Origin: Lobosporangium transversale
Taxonomy: Eukaryota
Reading direction: 5' to 3'
DNA: 64,000 bases
Assembly: GCF_002105155.1 (NCBI RefSeq)
Contig: NW_019028996.1
Span: 186,001-250,000, forward strand
Shown piece after piece: positions 11,180 to 23,105 of this stretch (position 1 is its first letter; the number at the start of each line of letters is the position of its first letter). The position numbers and the translations under genes were made by a program. The notes under the pieces are model-generated. The model was given only the letters and a program-made list of their open reading frames with translations. It was not told the DNA's origin and searched no databases.

Positions 11180-12988
11180 TGAATAAAAAAAATAAAAAAT
11201 AAAATAAAAAGAGCATATATCATCAAAAAGAATATCGAATGCCAATATATTTTACCTGCGTGCTACTAGGCGATGTCCTACAGTCGCAGCAACAAAAACA
11301 CAAAAGATAATATGAGGAGTATTCTATATGTGTTCATTATCCGCTCTTCCTGCTTGAGAGAATTTAAAAAAAAAAAATAAAAAATAAAAAATAAAAAAAT
11401 AAAAAAATAAAAAAAAAAAGTAAGAAAGAAAGAAAGAGAGAAAAGCGCCGCTGATCAATGAATCATTGATCATGGACAACGACTTTGCTGCATGCATACA
11501 TTCGCTAATTGGAGCTCAGATGTCCACCTATTGATGATATACAACTGCGCGATTAATGCATCGGATGAGAGAAGGAAAGACTCATGACGGACCACTGGAC
11601 TGGCTACTGCGATGTATAAAAAAGAATAAAATAAAAACCAACTTCATATTTTCTTGCTTTATAAAGAGATGGTATTAAGTAGTATATATATACAGATATG
11701 TACTGCGTGTGAGCGGACAGACAGGAGAAAGAAGAATATCGAAGCCCCAAACATGTTTGATTCAATAGTTTTGAATTACTTTGTTTTGTTTTGATTTGTT
11801 CCTCTTCCATTTCATCTTCATGTTCGTAAAGCTCAGATATCGCTGACTTCAATTAAACAATCAGATAGCCATATACACCATTAATAGTCCTGGGCTGTTA
11901 TATTTGCTTAAGAGTACGGAGTGCTTGCCATTGCTATACAGAAGCAGGAAACTAGTCCCATAAGGAGTTCATAGAGAGAGGATGGGGTGCATTTATCGCG
12001 CGGAATGTTGGCTGCTGTGCTTCTTCAGTAAAGATGTATATTCACATGCGGTGATTTACAAAAAAAAAGATATGGAAATGACTAACAAAACCACCGCGCT
12101 ACACCACGAACCACTCTCCCAAACTCCTGCTGCCTGTTGATAAAATAATGGCGTTATTTGACGCCATAATTATAGTTATAACCATAACCATAACCATATT
12201 TCATTCTTTTTTAATTCATGTCAACCTTCCTTTATTTTCTCTGACATATTCCGCAAGTATATATAATGTTATATACTAAAGCCTGCCTTGCCCCTTTTAC
12301 CCTTCGCTTGCGTATTCAGGCATTCAGGGATACTTTCATTGTTTGCACTAAATGAATATATATTTATATGTCTATATAAACATGCATGTCCTTAAGAGTC
12401 GAGACTCGTCTGGAAGAGACACTCGTGTTCGGATACGGGTCCGACGCAGCCATTACGGACGAATGATCTCACAAATATTTTTTTTTCTAGTGTCCCAATA
12501 GAATTTTCTTTCCATTCTCTTAATGCCTTGTGCCCTATTTGAAGATTGGCCTTGAAGAACCCTTAGTCATGACATCCGTGCAGTATTCAAAACAAATAAG
12601 GCAACTATGGGGGAAGAAAAGAGAGCAATTAGCAGAGCATTTGTTAAGGATCTTTTTAATGCAAGTCGGACGTTTAATCCTTCCATGCACGCCAGCCAGA
12701 GTCCAAACATTCTTTGTGTCCATGTTTTGATCTTACTTTTCTATAAACTCAGACGTCTCCTCATTTCCCTTTTTTGTCTATTTTCCCATGAAGAAAGTTC
12801 CAGCAATCAGCTGGCCCATGTGTTCCATTCTTCTATACCTTCCCTTCCACTCTTTTCATTCCTTACTCCACCGCTTATTCCACTCTTCATTCAATTCCAA
12901 CTCAGTACTTGACACTTACCCGGACTAAATTCATTCTCCTCTTTCTTGCGCCCCGCCACAGTGTCGGGCACTGATGTTGGCACCGAAT

Positions 12989-13024
<36 letters not shown>

Positions 13025-13811
13025 AAAGCAAGAGCCGAAACATTTCGTAGTCATTGACTGTCAAAAAAAAAAGAAAAAAGAAAAAAAAGAGAATAGCTCG
13101 GTTCTTCTCTTTCGTGATTTCTCTCTAGACTCTCGTGAGATAGAAGTTGACCGTGTATCCCTTCCCCAATACTATTCCTTTAAAGGCTCACGAGCAGAGG
13201 ACAGACATATAGAAATATATATGCAATGTCCAGTGTCTCTTTTAAAAAATTCACGCCACCAATCATTGTATATAGTTTATTGGCTAATATGGAGGTTATT
13301 GAAGTCCTGAATGGCTCTTCATCCATAGTAACAAATGCCTGTACTTGATTGGCACATTCCTCACAGCTTAATTCAGGTTCACTGGTGATGAATCAGTATA
13401 AAAGTGAAGGATCTTTTTCTCAACTCCAGGGATAATGTATAATGCGGCTCTCTAGTGCTAAGATGAGACATATAACACCTAGAAAATACTATAAAAAATG
13501 TTAATAAAACATATTTGTGAGTATTTAGAAAAATATTGCGATGACTGAGCGATACTTGATGTTCAGAGGTGAGGTCTACCACAAATGTATATCCAAAGTT
13601 TGTTAAGGATGTTTGAAACAAAGTTTACTCCAAAGGCAAATTCCAAATTTCGATTGGGGTTGAGTGAATGTTGTTGCCTATCACATACGATAAGTTGTTT
13701 ACAGACTGCAATTTTTACGTCGGCGAAAATAAGGTTCAATATCCCGATGAAAATCCTTGACGAAAAAAATATTTGCGAAACTCTCTAGACTATTGCATAG
13801 TCGAACTTGCA

Positions 13812-13963
13812 ATATCCAGACATCCCACTGTCAAACTTGTCCGGATAATAATTAGGTTTTACTAAATTGGGTGGTATTCTAAACTTTATAAAATATATAT
13901 ATATACTCAGGTGATATTGCATTTACGGGTTCCCCGAAATGCACATCTGGTGAAATGTCCGAC
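13812..13963 (+). repeat. Left inverted repeat
   Basis: ATATCCAGACATCCCACTGTCAAACTTGTCCGGATAATAATTAGG..TATATACTCAGGTGATATTGCATTTACGGGTTCCCC..GTCCGAC matches the reverse complement of the right copy. Confidence 0.92.
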
Positions 13964-14199
13964 AAGATTTGTCTGACGAAATATCCGGACAATTCTACGC
14001 CTCCACTGCGCCTCTTTGCCCAGCCCCACTACGCCCCATGACTTCCACACGGCGTCCCCGAATAGTATAAAAGCCATCATTATTGTAGCAGATTAGGGCA
14101 GACTTGAACAATAAATCATTTTTGAACCCACCACCGCTTGCTACTATTCACAACATATCACCTGTTCCCTTACATTAAACAATCGCATCCAAGCATCAA

Positions 14200-16200
14200 A
14201 ATGGCAACTGGAAAACGCTCCACAGAGTCGGCTCTTGCTTATGAAGTGACCAAGAAGACCAAATATACAAAGTCTGAAATAAAAACGATTGAACGCAAGC
14301 GGAAGGAGAGGTACTTGGCTTCTAGATTGTGCAAGGAATTGCGATATGTATGCTCCCCTTATCCTTCCTTCAGTTGACAACCACGCCATCCCAATGGCGA
14401 AGGTGTGTTTGACTCTAGAACAAAAAATCGAGCTCCTTGATATATACGAATATCTTTTGCTTCGACAAAAAGATACTTTAGAAGCTTCGGTGACCTGGTT
14501 GGATATATGCTTCCGAAGGCTACTTTTTACGACATGTAAAGAAAGAGAAATGTGATTCGACAACAGGCTCCGTTGTATCCAAAGGGCGCATGTTATATGA
14601 CTCAGCGAAAGAATTTTCAGCTTGAGGCGGTGCTCTTAAAATGGCTGCCTGGAAGATCAGCAGAAGCGAAACAATCCAGTCAACTAAAGGATGATAAAAC
14701 AAGCGGCTAAAACCACCTATATTGTCCTCACCGACCAGAAAAATCCTTTTGACTCGGACTCCAACGACATGATGCCGTCTTTTTCAGCTTCCTGGTTCGA
14801 TGCTTTCAAAAAGCGTCATAACATAACGTATTGCCAGCTCCACGGAGAAGTAGCATCGGTTGACCTTAAGGCGATTGAGCCTGAACTAGTCGAGATTCGG
14901 CGGCTATGTTCCCAAGCCTGACAACATATACAACTGCGATGAGACAGGATTTTATTTCAAGGAGCTGGAGCACAAGTCTTATACAACGCAGGTCTCGAAA
15001 GCCGGTATCAAGGCAAATAGGAGCTGCCGTGTTTCCATTCTATTTTGTATCAACGCTTCGGGCACATCGCTCCTCAAGGCAGAATCCATGAGTGCATTGA
15101 AGACACTAGTCATTGGTAAGGAGAAGCAACTACTGAAAACCTTGGTAAATATTAAATATTAGACATTAACTTGATGTGATATATTTTATATACTAGGCAA
15201 AAATATCGCCCAGGGCATTGACGAAGAGTCGGCAAGTAAGATGGTTGTGAGGAAGTCTGAATCGGGGTGGATGACAAACCATATCTTTGTGAAATGGTTG
15301 AAAGAACTCGATGACCAGCTCACGGAGCCAAGCCTACTTCTCCTAGACTCAGCTCCACAACACAAAAACATTGATATGCGCGACCCTTTTATCAATTAAT
15401 CCTGGAAGCATCTCCGCGTCCGACGACTCCTGGTGAACCCAACATCTGTTACGCAGCCCCTTGACGCAGGTGTTATTAGTGTGTTCAAGCGAGCATTCCT
15501 TGAGATGCTTATCCGTGAGTCGCATCTCATCCGAACGTTTGACATGGCGAAGGCTATTTTTAATGGACACGCGTGGTCGATTATCCCATATGCATGGAAT
15601 TCCGTTAAAGCGACAACACTAAGGAATTGCTTTGCTGAAACGCCGGTCCTTCCTGAAGAGATGCGGCCGCCCTTCAAAACCATGTCGACTACCAATGCAG
15701 AGCGGAACCATGAGCTCCGGTACATGCGACGTCACCTTTATGAGAGGCAAGAAAGGACGTACTTCGAGCACTTGGTTGCCTCAGTGAATGAGGCAAACGG
15801 CTGGAACCTCAACCGCATTGCGGAGAAAGATGTGCAGGATGTTTTGGAGGATAAAAATGGGCCATGCCCTTCTATAGAGGATTGTAACTTTCCTGATCTT
15901 TCCGATGGAGTCCAAGAACCCATTCCACCCCCTGTGAGCAGCATGCATAGTTCACCTCTATCGAAGGAGTCACTTCATACTTCGGTTGAGCTACTGGCCA
16001 AGTTGTCTGGTGGGCATGATATGCGCACTCCGGAGGGAATGGAGGCCATGCTGGATAATGCAAAAAAAAAGTAACATGAGTAGTGTGCGCCATTTTTTTG
16101 AAAAAGCTTGTAAGAGCTTGTGAAGACGAGAATAGGGAACAGGTATCTCCACAAAAAGATATGCAGGATGGCTCCCAACGAGACGAAGAATTCCAGAATC
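14200..16200 (+). pseudogene. pogo/Tigger/CENP-B-type (DDE_1) transposase pseudogene, DD38D spacing
   Basis: HTH KVCLTLEQKIELLDIYE, CENP-B HTH ..FSASWFDAFKKRHNI..LHGE, catalytic NIYNCDETG, GWMTNHIFVKWL, LLLLDSAPQH and TSVTQPLDAGVISVFK. Multiple stops and frameshifts (e.g. TAA at ~15397). GT-AG intron ~15116-15197. Confidence 0.92.
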
Positions 16201-16591
16201 CTTTTAATTAAAATATAATTATTCATATTTCATTGCGATCGTTCATTGATTTTGGTTGCAGTATCTCCTTTTTTTCGCTCGCGAATGTAGACCTAGCTCT
16301 GAACCACGCTATCGCCTCGCCCTGCCAATCCAACTTTGGCTGGGTGAATGACCTGTAGGTCCTGGCGGCTCTCAAACTCCGTCAGCGCCCGTTTCAAGTG
16401 GTGCCAGACGAGGACAATGGAGACCACGTCGGCGGCCAGTTGTGTTTCGAAAAAAGCTGTCACGTAACATTGGTTCATTAATCTTGTCCAATCAACTTCA
16501 GGTGTATTAACTGTTTAACATTAAGTAGCATTGAACTTCTTCAACTGTACTCAGCGGTTACAAATAATACATCGTAAGGTCCGTAATTGAT

Positions 16592-16650
16592 TTATTCATT
16601 TAGAATTATTCATTTAGAATTATTCATTTAGAATTATTCATTTAGAATTA
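16592..16650. repeat. 14-bp minisatellite (TTATTCATTTAGAA) x4
   Basis: Read directly from sequence. Confidence 0.9.
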
Positions 16651-16679
16651 TTAAGTGGGCTGTAGATTTCATGAGCACA

Positions 16680-16821
16680 TTCTTAGCGAACCTTTGCTTA
16701 GTACGCGGCGAGGCGGCGGATTGTGAGATGCATTCACAGTTAATTAGACGTTATAACATTAGCTTCAGGATACTGAATCTTTCTTAGCGAACCTTTGCTT
16801 AGTACGCGGCGAGGCGGCGGA
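16680..16821. repeat. Identical 41-bp direct repeat pair (period 101 bp)
   Basis: TTCTTAGCGAACCTTTGCTTAGTACGCGGCGAGGCGGCGGA at 16680-16720 and 16781-16821. GTTATAACAT also recurs downstream of each copy. Confidence 0.9.
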
Positions 16822-16958
16822 AAGACGAGTTGGATCGAACAATGTTATAACATCACATCCACTTAATGATTCTTTGATTTCTTTTGTTTTTGTGTAAATT
16901 GAAATTTCATTACTTATATTGAATCGTTCACGAGAATCATGAGCGTATAGAATCACAA

Positions 16959-19196
16959 ATGCGAAGCGTATCATCAGCTCCACAGGAAAAACTACCTCCT
17001 CTTCATCCTGCCGACTCAGTTGAACCATGTGTGAATGACCCGTTGAGTTGGGCACAAAAGAAAGCTAAAAGGGGTGAAGATATAGAAATGTCGAAATTCG
17101 CCGAAGAGCTTGGGTTCCATTGTGAGGAAGATGCACATCCGCTATTTATGCAAGTTTTACAATCAACAACTGTACCGTATATCATAAGACGACGTTCGCT
17201 TAATCAGTACAAAGTGTGGAAGGCATCTAAAGGTGGTGAATTTTGGGCAGACCGAAGAATTCGCTATCAAGTCCGAATGTCCACGAAGTCGGCTGTAAGC
17301 GAGATAATCGAAGGAAGTGGGGCTGTTAGAGAACATTATATCAGCGTCAATAATTCAACTTTGATTCCACTTTTATCAAACAATTCGAGGTGGGTCCGAA
17401 ACGAGGTAAGAGTTACTATTATTTATACTTATATTTGATATTGTTTGTTATTGTTTGTTGCTCTCATTCAATATTTGCATGGCCGACGACTGATAGTGCT
17501 ATTTTCGTCTGCTCGCACTCCATTATTTGACTGAGGCTCGGGCTTATCATCACCAACACTGTCGCCTCCGCGCCGTCCGCTCTTTAATATCAACAACGAT
17601 GAAGGAGCTGTCACAGGAACTTTCGACAATCACGAACAGCTGTCTAGCGGAGACAAAGGTGATGAGGGTGAGGTATTTGGACGACCTTACAGTGGAACTG
17701 TAGATATGTCCTGGATTAATGAGCGGCCAGAATTCACATTCCGTTTCCCGCTGACAAAAGACTGGGGACCTCGGATAACTGAGTCCTACAACAAGATCAA
17801 GCAGAAGACATCTTTGAACTTCAAGCAAATAGATCAGATTGCGTAAGTAAGTTTGACTCCATACAAATGAGACTCACGTTCAAGCGAAATTACACAAACT
17901 AATCGACGTGATGAAATGTATCAATCTAGGCTGCTCTCTGGTGTCCTGCATTTTGACAAAGAGCATGTTGGATTCAAGACTGCTGAGATCTCAGCTATCA
18001 CAAAGGAAGTTCTCCGTCGGTTTTATACCAGCGAGCTGCAAGAGAAAGACGTAAAGCGGTCGGTAGAAGCAGCTGCACTATGGAGCGCTTGGGTCCAGGT
18101 TCGCGGATATGGCTATGGTTGTTGTTGACATTATGTTTTTTTGACTGCTTGTTTGTTTTGAGCAATGCATAATGGGCACCAATCACCTTTTTTTTTTTTT
18201 TTTTTTTTTTTTTTGGTTGTTGACTGCAGAATTTGGGATCAATGAATCTCTTGAGCTACCTATCCAAGGACCTTGAAACCGCCGAGGAACCCGAGATCGA
18301 TCTTAGGTCGGTCGTTGACATGATAATGGGATCCTATTACACATGCCAAGAAAAAGACATATTACCTGTTTTGTTTGTGGCTCTGTATGTGTTTCGACAC
18401 TACAATACATGGTGCGAGATTGAAAGTGAAAGTGATATTATGTCGTCCGTCATCGTGCCGATTTTACGTGAATTTATGAATATACCAGGCCATATCCAAT
18501 TCAAATGGCAATATCATCCTGATTGTTTAGCCGTTTGCATATAGGAAGATGGGATGTTCTTTTGGTTTAATTGTCGTTATTCCTTTTAGCAGTCTTAACA
18601 GTGCATCGACTGCGGGCGAGAACAGAAAAGCTGCTTTGGCTCAGGATGGGCAAGCCAGGCAACCCGACATTGTGGGTCGAACAGAGGGAAAACGTGAGGT
18701 ATATTATGGAGAAATCAAGGGTATCCACCCCACAACACAGTCAAAGAATGCGGATACCCTCCGCATTGCCATTTTTACAAAAGACAGCCTCGATGATCTA
18801 CTCCCCGGTCTTGAAGAAGATCTGCCACTCATAAGCTTCCAGTCTGTCGGCCCTGAGATAGTGTTTTTCCTTGGTGCAATGATTGGCAATACTGTCATCC
18901 ATGCAAGGATCTCTGAGCTTACAATGCCAACCTGTTCATCCGAACTTAAATCAATGGATCAAATCTTTTTCTTCCAATTGTTTCAGATTCAATCATTGGT
19001 CCGGATTACTAGCAAGTGCCTAAAGGGAAAGCGACAGGGGCATGTAAAAGACAACAGTCCATTTCCAACACTGAGCATGCCTCATCGAAATATGAAGCTG
19101 GGAATTCAGTCCAAATTGAAGGTGGTCAAGCGCGGGGGCAAAGATGTCATGGAGGTGAAGGAACTCAAGCGCAAAAGGAGAACAGCGGAGGCGTAA
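16959..19196 (+). pseudogene. Multi-exon cargo gene with C-terminal PD-(D/E)xK (restriction-endonuclease-fold)-like domain, probably disrupted
   Basis: About 5 exons with GT-AG-like boundaries. C-terminal ..ESESDIMSSVIVPILREF..RQPDIVG..EVYYGEIKG..DTLRIAIFTKDSLD.. and basic tail KRKRR. In-frame TGA at 17532-17534 and a phase conflict after exon 1. Confidence 0.6.
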
Positions 19197-19620
19197 ATGA
19201 TATGAAGGAGGAGGAGGACTCAGTATAACTCAATGCTCTCTACACTGTTCTATTGTCGTACGCTAAGAACTAATCCCAGTTATTCCGAACTAGTGCTTGA
19301 AGGTCGTCATCATAATGGATCTGCTCTTTCAGATAGTTTTCTGTTTTTAAGTATACTTTCTTTAACACCAAAAAAAAAAAAAAAAAAAAAAATTGTGAAG
19401 CGACATGATAAGAGAAAACTATCCAAATGCAATAAACAAAATCGTCTCAATATGTTTAGCAGATGTGAGTGAGAAAATGCAATAGGCAACGATAGAGCCA
19501 AGGGAAGGCAAGACCAAGAAACAAGGGAGGGAAAGCCGAGCCCGAAAAAAAAGGTCTTGGAAGCCTATTCCACAATATCGAACGTGTTTCGTTCCTTTTG
19601 TAACTGAAAGGAACGCAATC

Positions 19621-19768
19621 GTCGGACATCTCGCCAGATGTGCATTTAGGGGAACCCGTAAATGCAGTATCATCTGAGTATATATATTTTATAAAGTTTA
19701 GAATATCACCCAATTCAGTAAAACCTAATTATTATCCGGACAAGTTTGACAGTGGGATGTCCGGATAT
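19621..19768 (-). repeat. Right inverted repeat
   Basis: Reverse complement of 13812-13963. Confidence 0.92.
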
Positions 19769-20230
19769 CATAGCAATATTAGTGTTTACCGATAGGTCAA
19801 CACCAGCCCCAAGATTGACAGAAGTAATCAAAGACCAGACATCATCTGATCCGCGGTCATCTCGACCAGCATTGAAATAAAATCACCAGTTTTGCGAGAG
19901 CATGTCCATAACTGTTCGAGTCTTTCCACAGCCAGATGCTCCTAAAGTGAGCAAAAGCTGAGACTATGCGACAAAATATGTACAAGGATCTCTTTTGCCT
20001 TGTTATTAGAGTCGCAGCTCATATAAGAGCCATCCAAACCAGGAGGATCAAAGAATAGGAGTGATGGTCTATGTGTCGCCTCTCTTTTTTCTGACTGAAA
20101 TCGACGCCAAGCATCTGGGAAGCCTGACATTGCGCCGTCTGTTACTGGTAATTTAACGGTGCCATAAATATAAGCCTTGATAAATCAGACCAATCCTTGG
20201 AATAAAATTCCTTCTCAATGCTGCTAAACC
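19769..20230 (-). pseudogene. Crinkler-type (CR-NTPase) effector pseudogene truncated by the transposon
   Basis: LPVTDGAMSGFPDAWRR..RPSLLFFD..(frameshift)LGASGCGKTRTVMDMLSQNW*FYFNAGRDDRGSDD..NTNIAM. Walker A GxSGCGKT followed by W(G)FYFNA, as I recall for Mortierella CRN-like families. Confidence 0.7.
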
Positions 20231-20829
20231 GTTTATTGGCTATGAGTATTTGAAATACACAAGTTAGTAAAAATGGTAAATTGATGAGTATCAAATATAA
20301 AACATAAAGGCATTTTTGCTTACGTTCTTCAAGGGGTATACGAAAACCAAACTGCGGTTAACCGCCTATGAACGCAAGACACAGAACATTTGGTGAGATT
20401 ATAAATAAGCGTGGATATCCCAGACATCAAGGACCTTTTCCTCCTAATCTTTCATCCGTCTGGCATGAATTGATGTGAGAGGGGATGATTCTGGCGAGAT
20501 TGATGCCCTCAACAGCATGTAGCATTAATATACCGAGAACTATTAATATACTGACGACACAATCCATGTTGTATCACATTTTACCGGTCAATCGCGTGGC
20601 AGCCTTGGCCACATTCTTGATGTTTTTTTATTCCATGTCCCTGGACGCCTAGAGATTCAAGACGCGCCGCCTTCACATACTGACACTGAATTGGCCGAAC
20701 ATACAACTAATATGATCTCATTGGTCACAGGTTGCCATCCCGTGCACGCACCATGGGGCTAAAACGACATTTATGTCTTTAGAGCGGAGCTGTCATCCTA
20801 GCTCCTGGTTAAACGTTCTGGCGCCTTGG

Positions 20830-21080
20830 ATGATGATAATTGATGGGTCTTCCGCAAGTGGCAAGCATCCAGATGACAAAGCATACGAGAAAGGACAATT
20901 TCCTATGCCAGCTGTCCTGGTGATAATAATATGGTTTTGGGTCTCATCATCAGACTCTCACTGGGTTCTCCACAGGATTCTTCATCTCTATCCATTTTTA
21001 CAAAACTCTTTGATAATAGTATCACAAAAATCTGCCCTTTCTTGCACACAAGATCGCATGATGATCACAGGAAGCTTTAT
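20830..21080 (-). pseudogene. Highly decayed Crinkler/RHS-type P-loop fragment
   Basis: KLPVIIMRSC..HIIITRTAGIGN resembles the IITGTPGIGKS Walker A region. Multiple stops. Confidence 0.35.
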
Positions 21081-21264
21081 AAAGTTCTAAATGCCCCAGT
21101 AGAAGGGAGGACGGATTAAACCGCTCTATCTATTCGTCTAAAAGGTAAGTGGATAATGATGGCTTCATTCATAAAGAATGAACCATTGTAAAAAATTCTC
21201 AAGGAACGGGTATAATGCTTTTTTTAAAAAAGACAAAATTTCATCCACTTGATTGGTATTCGAT

Positions 21265-21865
21265 TTAATTCTTCAGATTCGTACCGGCTGCTCCTCCTGA
21301 ATATGCAGCTTCGATGTCGATTTTTATGACACGCTGTCTTACATGTTTTAAGCATACATATGGATTCTTGACGACCGTATCTTTGGTGGTAAGAAAGTTC
21401 TGAACTTTAAAATTATCATATACGTCTCCTGGCACCACAAAATAGATGAAAATGGTATCGTCACTTCCATTCGGCTTTGATTGCTCTCCAGTAATATAAT
21501 CAATTATCTCCTTGAATGGTGCTTGCTTGATCGGATGTTTCTCTGCTACTGTGACCTGAAATAGCTTGTTGGGTCCGGATAAACACCTCTTCTGGATTTG
21601 CTGGAAAATCAAGAAATCCTGTTTCGCCTGACTGGAGATCCTTAAAGGGAAATCTAATATCACCACGTCGAAATAAGTAATGAGCATAGACTTCAAATAC
21701 CGGGCCTTTAGCTATATCCTCTCCGCCTTTGACAAGGTTCGCCAACACATCGACCCAAGTGTTATCTTTTAATTTCTCCATAATCTGTGATTCGACCCAA
21801 CGAGATGCCCACACCAGGTAGAAGTCGAGATGGTCAGAAGTGGGGACTCTATGGAGTAAACGACC
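21265..21865 (-). pseudogene. Crinkler (CRN) C-terminal REase-like domain fragment with internal deletion/frameshift
   Basis: WASRWVE..GPVFEVYAHYLFRRG..FKDLQSG in one frame, then PNKLFQVTVAEKHPIK..IYFVVPGDVYDNFKVQ..VRQRVIKI in another. These are the typical CRN GxxFExxAH, FQxTVxxxHPI and FVVP motifs. The YxxP..NF..D segment between them is missing. Confidence 0.8.
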
Positions 21866-23105
21866 ACTAAATGCACTCGCATCTTTTCCTCGTGCAAAGA
21901 GGCTTACAAGATCTGCTGGCTGCTACAGAGAGTGGCTTTGGCCCCAATATGGCTCCCTGGGTGGAAATAAAGAGGTATCTTATTTGTAAATGAAAAGAGA
22001 AAATAAAGGGTAGTGCTCTCTTCATTGCAAATGTCGACACCAAAAAATTTTTGCTCAAAAAAATTTGACCTCTACTTTGAGTACGGTATACCATTCACAC
22101 AATGTCAACAATATACGATGCGAGAGTATATACATATTATGGGCCTGAACTCTAAGCGTACTTTACCACTCTACACCTTCTTCTATTACATTCCTTGCTT
22201 TCACACACTTTACCTTCACATATCTTTCACTCTTCATTTGAAAAGAAAAAAAAAAGATATGTTCCATACATTCATCTGTCAGACCTTCGCCACCTGCCAA
22301 ATGGGTCATCAAAGCATGGCAAGTCCGATGAGACGGAGGTTTGAAGAGAGCTTACAAGGAGGAGAACAGGTGAAGGAATATGACTGGGCTTATAGGCCAA
22401 TCGGCTCTGCCCTGCTTGCATTGCTTGAATAGGAGATGGAAAAAGGGGAAGAAAGGAAAAATGAGGTAGAAAGGTTTAAGACTGCAGCCGAACTTCGATG
22501 TAGTGCTTGCTTGACGTAGGTTGCTCTTGCAGCAAGGATGTGTTTGTCCTATTCTAAGGATAGCCAAGCTCAAGTCCTTGGTCTAACGGCACTCACTCCA
22601 CCGAGTTGATCTCCAGCAGCCGTCCCGCATACCTCCACATGAACAACTGTTCGCTCTCTTTCAATCCCACAATCTCCCTCACAAAAAGAGGACAAGGGAC
22701 CTACGTACCATACTGATGCATTGTCTATAATAGAGGTAGCTAAATAGCCAAGTAATGATCATAAAAGAGTACCTCCTACACTACAAAAGTAATGCTAGAA
22801 AGCCTATCTAAAACTATGGGAATGATAATTTACATTACGTAGTTCTTCTGCGAGGAACAATCTAGTGTAACAGTTAAATTCTAGCATTTTCGCTTGCATA
22901 CCCGCCAATGCTAAAATGCTTAACTTTATTTTTGTTATTGCATTAGGTGAGGAGAATATCGGTGTATTTCCGAAGGGACTACATCTATATAATTCACGTT
23001 TATCCACTGTTCTCTACTTTTGCCACTATTACATTTATTTTTATTTTATTTTATTTTATTTTATTTTTGGATTTTATTATCTATATTAGTTAAAGATCCC
23101 TCTCA

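Larger units (their letters stand above)
13812..19768 (+). mobile_element. ~6 kb composite pogo-like DNA transposon with ~150 bp inverted repeats, decayed transposase and cargo gene
   Basis: 13812-13963 is the reverse complement of 19621-19768 (8 substitutions plus a 4-bp TA-repeat indel by manual alignment). It encloses a pogo/CENP-B-type transposase and a second gene. Confidence 0.88.

Noticed and set aside
12390..12950. Possible spliced minus-strand gene (GTAAGT donor, CTAAT..TAG acceptor)
   Set aside because: No sustained ORF or recognisable motif.
16680..16821. CRISPR-like repeat-spacer-repeat
   Set aside because: Only two copies, eukaryotic context, no cas genes, and downstream sequence is also partly duplicated. 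It is a simple tandem duplication.
16959..19196. Cargo gene as a Fanzor/TnpB RNA-guided nuclease
   Set aside because: No RuvC DPG/E/RDxNA motifs or CxxC zinc finger. The visible motif is PD..ExK instead.
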